Part shown: in pieces, positions 19,775 to 26,867 of the stretch | Numbering within the stretch: the first letter of the stretch is position 1 | Layout of the letters: the number at the start of each line of letters is the position of its first letter | Assembly (NCBI GenBank): GCA_010093815.1 | Contig: ML996579.1 | DNA: 26,867 nucleotides | Reading direction: 5' to 3' (one strand) | Origin: Pseudovirgaria hyperparasitica | Lineage: Eukaryota | Program-made: the position numbers and the translations under genes | Notes under the pieces: model-generated | The model's database searches: none | What the model was told of the DNA's origin: nothing | The model's input: only the letters and a program-made list of their open reading frames with translations

Positions 19775-22700
19775 GGTATTGATTATTAGGCTTAGCTATT
19801 GAAGAATTGATTAAGAGTATTATATAGACCCGTCCTATCGTAAAAGAGAACTAATAAGAAGTCGTGCGTTTAAAGAGAACTTATAATATCTAGGAGAGAT
19901 ACTTGTGAGTTCGTCGCGACTACTATACTAGGAATATAGCTATTTATAAAAGGGATATACGTGGCGATAGCTTACTATAATTTTAGAGGTCGTACCCGGA
20001 CTACGAACTTATAGAGGGAGATTAGGACTCTAAAACTAGCTTAGAGGAAGTATATAGCGTGCCTAATAAGGTAGTCTAGACTTACTAGATCGAAGTTACG
20101 AGTCCGGAAAATAGAGAGTCTAGAGTCGCTAGGGGCTAGCCTCTTAAAAGTAGCCGTAAAAAGCATGTGTATACTAACACGGGTAATAGCGCGACTTAAA
20201 AATGTCTTAGGGGAATAGGATATAAAATAGGGCTAGATAAAGCAGCAAAGAAGAGTTTAAAAACGATAAATATAACCTGTTTAGTACTACTATAGCTATT
20301 ATTTATAAACACGGCTATACGAGTATACTACTTTAGAAACACCTTATATAAAGATAATAACATAAGTAGGATACCGTGAACCTTATATCGATGAAGACGA
20401 TAGTAATAGTTCACCTTATAAAGGGATTAGTTAATATGGAGAAGGGATAATAGGTGTTATAGGTAGACGCATTAGGCCAACCTTTAGTTAAGGTAATCCC
20501 TTAACTAATAACCTTACCCCTAGCGTCTCTACTAGTACACCTACTACTAGTAATAGTGCGATAGGAGCTTAAAATAACGACCTAGTAACTCGTAGAGAGA
20601 TACTTAACTTCTTTGTAGCATTTGCGCGATAAGGAAGGATAGTACCTCTACCTACCCTAGCCCCTAAGCGCTTTAAAGGAATAAACATTACGGCCTTCCT
20701 TCGGAAGTACGAGGACATATATATAAACTACGAAGTTCCGCCTAATAAGAAGATAACCTCCCTACCGTTATACTACGAGGACTATCTCCGTCCTACTATT
20801 AAAGGAATAAGTAGGTTTTAGAAATAGTAGTAGGCCACGCTACGTGAAGAATTATTAAAGGAATTCTCTCTATTTAACTCTGCCCTCGAGGAAGGTACCA
20901 TCTACTTTATCCGAAAATACGTGGAAATAGTTAAAGTAGACCCATCCTACTCTCTCTCTATATACTACTCCTAGTATCGTATTATTATAGAGAAACTTAT
21001 GGCTAAAGGAAGCCTAAGCTCGTATTTATAAATAGAGCTCTTCCTAGAAGGGCTACCTAATAGTCTTAAGGCTCGGGCTATAGAGAAATGTTAACTTACA
21101 ATGGAAGCATATAGTTATAACTAGGTAATTATCTATGGCTTCGTATTACGAAAGGCTAGAGTACTTAAGGAACTAGCTCGTATTAATAAGTACTTAGCCG
21201 TACAAGAGCTAGCTATAGCTATATACTATAAATTAAAGATAGGGAGTAAGAAGACCGGCTTAGAAGAGTAGTCACATGAAGAAAGAAGAACTAATGAATT
21301 TAACTACCCCTCTCTAGTCATAGTACACGTCGCGCTAGAATCGGATAAGTTTAACGAGATAGTAGAGAGATTTAGTAAACTAGACCTTACGTTAATTAAG
21401 ATAAAGTCCTACTTTACCTCTAATCCCTTATTCCTATCCCTTAAGAAGTACAAACCTAAGCTACTTTCGGCTATTATTAACTAGTAGGCGCGAAGGCTAA
21501 ATCTTTTAGCACATCCCTAAGTATAAGACATACCCATAGAACTAACGTAAGTTTATCCATAGAATTATATATAGAATAGAGAATACGTCTCTACCCGAGA
21601 CTCCTAAGGAGGCGTTATAGCCTAGAATAGGCCTCGAAGACCGATTATATATATTATATATAGAGGAGATCACCTAATATATAGATGTCCGGAGATAGTA
21701 GGATATATTAGAGACGGATTACTAAATATTAATAGGGTACGAGTGTTCTAAGGGCGTTTTAGGGCGAACGGAGAAGAAATCCCATTACTACCCTTCTCGG
21801 TAGAGCTATAAGCTACTCTATAAGCTATCCGGAACTACGTAGTAATAGTTTAAAACGGCCTAAGCTAGTACGGAGGAGGAGTAAAGGTTTCTACGTCCGT
21901 AGTAAATATTAACGCTTTATAGAGAGTACTAGTATATAGTATTAGTATAAAACCTACAAAGGGTCCCTACTAGGCCTTGGCGGATAGTAATTCGGAAGAA
22001 GAAGTCACGTCGCCCGAGAGTAAGAAAGATAGATATATAGAATTCCACGAACGCTTTAACGTGGCTAGTAATAGATATATCTATAAGGAGATAGCCCTGG
22101 AAGAGCCTACTATACTTATAATATCTAGAAGGGGGATTATAAAGAGTATACCTAATTATACTAAGGAAAGAAAGATCGCCCGTCTCTACGGAATACGTAA
22201 AGGGTAGTACATAAGGATTATTAAGGAATAGAAGGATAGCGAGAAGAGTAGCGACTAGGGAACGTCTAAATAAGAGCTAACGGCGCTAGAGGATAAGATA
22301 GATAAAGGGGATAGCCTAAATCCTAGTTAAAAGGCACGTATCCGAGACGTTAAGCTTAATAACTATCTACGCAAAGGATAGCGGCTAAGTATAGAAGCTA
22401 GCGAAGCATAGCTAGTACGCGTTCTAGGGATAACTATAAACATTACTATTAGCGAACTATTAAGCCTTAATAGTAACTTATATCGTGTAGTATTCGAGAA
22501 GGGCGCCCCCGACTTTATAGCTAGAGAGATCTATAAGACTCGAGAAGAGAGAGCCGAGAAGAAAGGAAGAAATAACTATACTATGGCTCCTAAGATAAAT
22601 AAACTTAACGTATTAGTACCCCTCTATACTACGGGGACGGCCATTATATAATAAGATATTAATTAGCTTAAGGAAGGGATAGTAAGGCTAGTAGCCGAGT

Positions 22701-25700
22701 ATCCGAGGTACCCCGTAGAAGTTAGTCCTAAAAGGGCGACTAGTATAGTACTATTCGATAGTAGCGTATAGGTAAATAGTATTCGACTAGATACTACGAG
22801 GCGTCTCGGGCTAGCGATATCTTCGCTTCTACTATATATAAAGAACTTAAGTTTAGTTAGCGCTACTTAGTATAGTACTCTATTCGTAGGAATAGTATAG
22901 TAATACCCTATCCATATAGGTCGGATCATTACAGCCACTTTAATATTTATATATAGCAAACTTAATTATAACCTTATCCTAGGGGAGCTATATACTAGAT
23001 AGGCCTTACTTACAGTATAGAGGTTAGCCTCCAGGTAAGTACTCTTAATAGTCTACTCCGTATATAGATAAGAACATATAACCTTCGAAACTAGTCCGGA
23101 CAAGTATATTCTAGTCTTAGAGAAGGAGGGTAACTCTATAGCTAGAGACTAACTATATAGTAGAGTATATCGCTAGAAGCCGGAGTTAAGCCGGATTATT
23201 AGTTAAGGGCTACCCTTAACTAATAATCCATACTAAATAGAGTCCAGTAAACCCACTAACAAAGGGGATAGAATATATTTTTATACGGATATAGAAATAA
23301 GTTATATAGAGTTACTTTCCGAGAAAATCCGGCCTAAAAATATTACTCAGTTATCGAGAAAAGATAACTTAGCCGCCCTAGTTACGGCGGTAAGGTACAC
23401 TACCTTCATATATAAATAAGGCACAATAATAGAACGGCTTATAGTAGGCTCTACCGGCCTCTAAAGACGGTATTCATCCGGGGTATTAAAGGGATTTAGT
23501 ATAGCTACTATATATAAAAGAAAGGGAGTTAAAGTACACCCTATAGATGACTCCGAAGCCCACCGAAAGGTTCCTAGGAATCTATTAGAGTATCTAGACT
23601 AGCGTGAACGAGTAATCGCACGGTAGGCACTTCTTCTAGCCGTCCACCTAGGCCTTAACGTGTTTAATAGGCTAATAGAGCCTTAAAGGGTAACTATCCC
23701 GCTAGGAACACGTCTAACGCCTCTATATATAAGTTAGCTAAAGATTAGAATGGAGCTACGTCCCGCGGAACTTAAGTTACTATATACGATCTTATTATAT
23801 CGCGAGGAAGTACTAGTATGGAAATTCTTATATCTTAGTAAATTTAATAAAGAGGTAGCACCTCCGTAGGAGATCCGAATAGTAGAATATAAGGTATAGT
23901 AGGCCAAGAACTTTAATATTTCTAGAGCCCTTTATAGGAAGGTACTCACGATCCTAAAAGAGCGTCTTAATAGCGGAAGGCTCGAGCCCTATAGTAGTCC
24001 TTATTAAAACGCCTATTTTCTTATAGAAAAGAAGAAGGAAGCTAATAAGGAACGAGATTATAGGTTAATTAATTCGGCGATAGAAATCAACCGAGTTACT
24101 ATTCGTAATGCGGCCACGCCGCCCTCGTGTAAAGAGTTCTTAAAGTACTTTACGGGGATGGCCGTCTTAACGTTTACCGACTTCTTCTTAGAATATAATT
24201 AGATTCCATTAGTAGAGTATTACCGAGACTTAACGGGGTTTATAACGCCCCTAGGATTACTACGCGGGATAATATTACCTTAAGGGGCTACTAATTTAGT
24301 AGCTTAGTTCGTTAGGATTATATTAACTATTATATAAGAACATATCCCGGAGAGGGCTCTACCATTCCTAGATAACTTAGGTATTAAAGGATCTACGACG
24401 AAATATAACTCTAAGGAGGCCCTGCCTAGAATTCGTAGATATATCCTAGAATATTTAATTAACGTAGATAAGGTTCTCGCGGATATAGAGCGCGCCGGAT
24501 ACGCCCTAAGTAGTAAGAAGACTTAGTAGTATATTAAAGCCGCTAACGTTATAGGATACGTCTACGACATTAAAGGGAGGCGACCGAGTAATAAAAAGGT
24601 TACTACTATTAGGGACTAGAAACCCTATAAAAACACGACAAATATACGAGCCTTCCTTAGCGTTTATATATATTTCCGGATATGGATCCCCGGGTACGCT
24701 ATTATTATATCGCCGCTATTTATACTATTAAAGAATAAATCGGCCTAGTAGTAGATAGCTAAGGAGTAGACCTCGATGGACGCGCTAAAGATAGCTCTAA
24801 CTACTACTCCCGCACTAATAACGTTACGGTACGGGATAGGTACGGGAGATATAATTCTAGTAGTAGACTCTAGTAACATTAGATAGAGAGCTACGTTAAT
24901 ATAGGAGAACGAGAATCGTAAACGTTAGCTATCGCGGTATAATAGAGAAATATAGTTAAAAGCTAAGAGAAACTACGATACCGTGAAGCTAGAGTACCGA
25001 GCCCTCCTCTACGCGTTATAGAAGTTCTAGTAATACCTCTATAGTATATACTTTATTATAGAAATAGACGCGAATACTCTAGTCGCTTAAATTAACTATA
25101 CCGTAACTAACTTACTAGGGGCGCTCGTTACTAGGTGGCTCGCGTAGATTTAGCTATGGAACTTTATAGTTAGGCACGTACCTAGAAAGCGTAATATAGT
25201 TACTAACGGTATCTCACGGATGTACGAAGGAGAAGAACTACTAGACGTCCCTACCTTTAATCTAGACGAGTTTATGGACATGGCTCTATATATAGACGTG
25301 CTAGAGATATCGTTAATTAAGCCCGTTAGCGGGAGAGATTATACGATAGGGATACTCGACTATACCGCTATTAAGTCTCCCTTAATAGATGAATATAGCG
25401 ATAAATAGTAGAGGATTACGAAATACCTTACTATACTCGAGAGGCTAACCGACCTAACCGACCGAGCGTATAAGGCCTTTATAACCGACTATCTAAAGTT
25501 CCTCGTATGTAACCGAATACTCTAGCGGAGAGGAGATAGGTATCGCTAATATATACGAGTAATTAAGGATCCGAATACTAGAGCGCGTATAATTACCGCT
25601 ACTTATAATAAGATAGATTATAGAGGTAGCGAAGGGACCCTTAGAAGGATTAAGGATAAGTATTAGTAGGTAGATATACGTAGAGACGTACGATAGCACG

Positions 25701-26867
25701 TAAAAACCTATAATAAATATTAACGACGAAGTAAACTCCTTAGAGGTCTTAATAAAGGGCTCTACCACGTTATAACGCCTATTCTTTAGTAAAGAATATA
25801 CTTAGACGTAATGACGCTATCACCTTCTATAGGGTATAGTAAAGTAGTATCTATACGAGAATAGCTAAGCGGATAGACTAAGGCGGAGGCATGTACGGCG
25901 GCCACGTCTATAGTCGTCGTAAAGTTCCTCTTTAAGAACGTAATCTATAGATACGGAATCATTCCTAAAATTACCTATAACGGTGGTAGAGAAAATATAG
26001 GTGCTATAGAGGAGCTCCTCTAACTCTATAGAATTTATTAGAAGGTTACGTCTACATATAATCCCCGAGTAAATAGGATTATTAAGAGAAGTTTTATACT
26101 ACTCGCTAATGCTCTCGCGAAGATAACTAATGGCGGATTTAAGAACTAGCCCGGCCACCTCCATGCGGTTATCTAGGTAGATAGAATAACGACACGTACT
26201 AGTATAGGGTATAGTACCGTATACCTCGTACTCGGCCATAAACCAATCATACCTATTAAAGTCGAATTCGAGTCGCTCCGAATACTCCCTTAGAACGAGG
26301 TACGATCGACGTCCGACTTACTCGCTCTTCGAGCTAGATAACTTAAGAGAAGATCTAAGGATCTTAAGGAGGCCTATACCCACGCGACACGAACGCGTAA
26401 GGAATCGAGAGAGGCATAGAATAACGACTATTACCTTCGTTAAGAGTCGTTACTAGTCGATATAATTATCCTCCTATACGACTCGTAGTAATAGAAGGAT
26501 ATAGGGTGGAAGCTAAGGTAGTATTAGAGGGGGCCATATAGAATCTAGTCTATATTTAATTATACTTATAAGCTCGCGGAGCTTAATAGAGCTATACTTA
26601 GAGGGACGTTTCCTAGCCATAGGTTAAAGAAATATTTTATAAGAAATGTAAGTAACGAGAGTCACGACAAGCCCTCGCGACTACCAATTAGAAGAATTAC
26701 TAAGGAAAATAAGGAGAGTAGCGATAAGGAAAACTATTATAAATAACTTACGGAACACCTTAACGACGCTATACGAACCCGGGTAGAAGTAGTAATTCCT
26801 ACTCTATAAGACTTTAATAGAGAAGAATATTTACGTTTCCCTAGAATTAACATCTTCTTCTAGGGGA
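19608..26867 (+). mobile_element. Ty3/Gypsy LTR retrotransposon, RIP-inactivated, 3' end beyond the window
   Basis: All in one frame: gag KRFKGINITAFLRKYED (~20666); degenerate CCHC knuckle YIIYRGDHLIYRC (21650-21688); protease LFDSS from DSG (~22751-22765); RT RLINSAIEINRVT..FITPLG..LP*GATN..PFLDN from FLDD (24365-24376); RNase H ILVVDSS..NYDTVKLE..IEIDAN; integrase YLDV..ITYNGGREN..YNPRVNRIIKR; GPY (26531-26539). The order PR-RT-RH-IN is Gypsy. Confidence 0.95.

Larger units (their letters stand above)
16430..26867. other. AT-rich, RIP-degenerated repeat block (AT-isochore-like)
   Basis: Abrupt rise in TpA and loss of CpA/TpG from about 16.4 kb; long ORFs almost disappear; recognisable TE proteins are interrupted by TAA/TAG stops at Trp/Gln positions. 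The left boundary is approximate. Confidence 0.9.

Noticed and set aside
21977..25768. ORF-track entries 21977..22207, 25220..25408 and 25493..25768 as genes
   Set aside because: The first two are stop-free islands of the RIPed gag-pol frame; the third is antisense to the integrase region.

Overview
Fungal (Dothideomycete-like) genomic DNA in two sharply different halves. Bases 1 to ~16.4 kb are gene-dense, intron-containing DNA carrying a secondary-metabolite cluster built around an abscisic-acid (ABA) biosynthetic core. From left to right: the 5' end of a reducing-type iterative PKS (minus strand, runs off the left edge), an Aba2-like P450, an HxxxD acyltransferase, an Aba3-like alpha-ionylideneethane synthase (non-canonical sesquiterpene cyclase), an Aba1-like P450, a third P450 with an atypical I-helix, and a Zn2Cys6 transcription factor. 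From memory, this content resembles the Leptosphaeria maculans 'abl' cluster; I cannot confirm the species. No aba4-type short-chain dehydrogenase lies in the window. As written, aba3 has a 1-nt deletion at 6866/6867 that frameshifts it, so it is either a real null allele or an assembly error. Bases ~16.4 kb to the end are an AT-rich, RIP-mutated block. It contains a ~210-245 bp tandem array, a small LTR-bounded element spanning a 470-N gap, and a Ty3/Gypsy retrotransposon nested in that element's 3' LTR (gag-PR-RT-RNaseH-IN in one frame, full of RIP stops). The most interesting open question is the PKS + acyltransferase + extra P450 module attached to the ABA genes, which suggests an acylated ABA or ionylidene-polyketide hybrid product.
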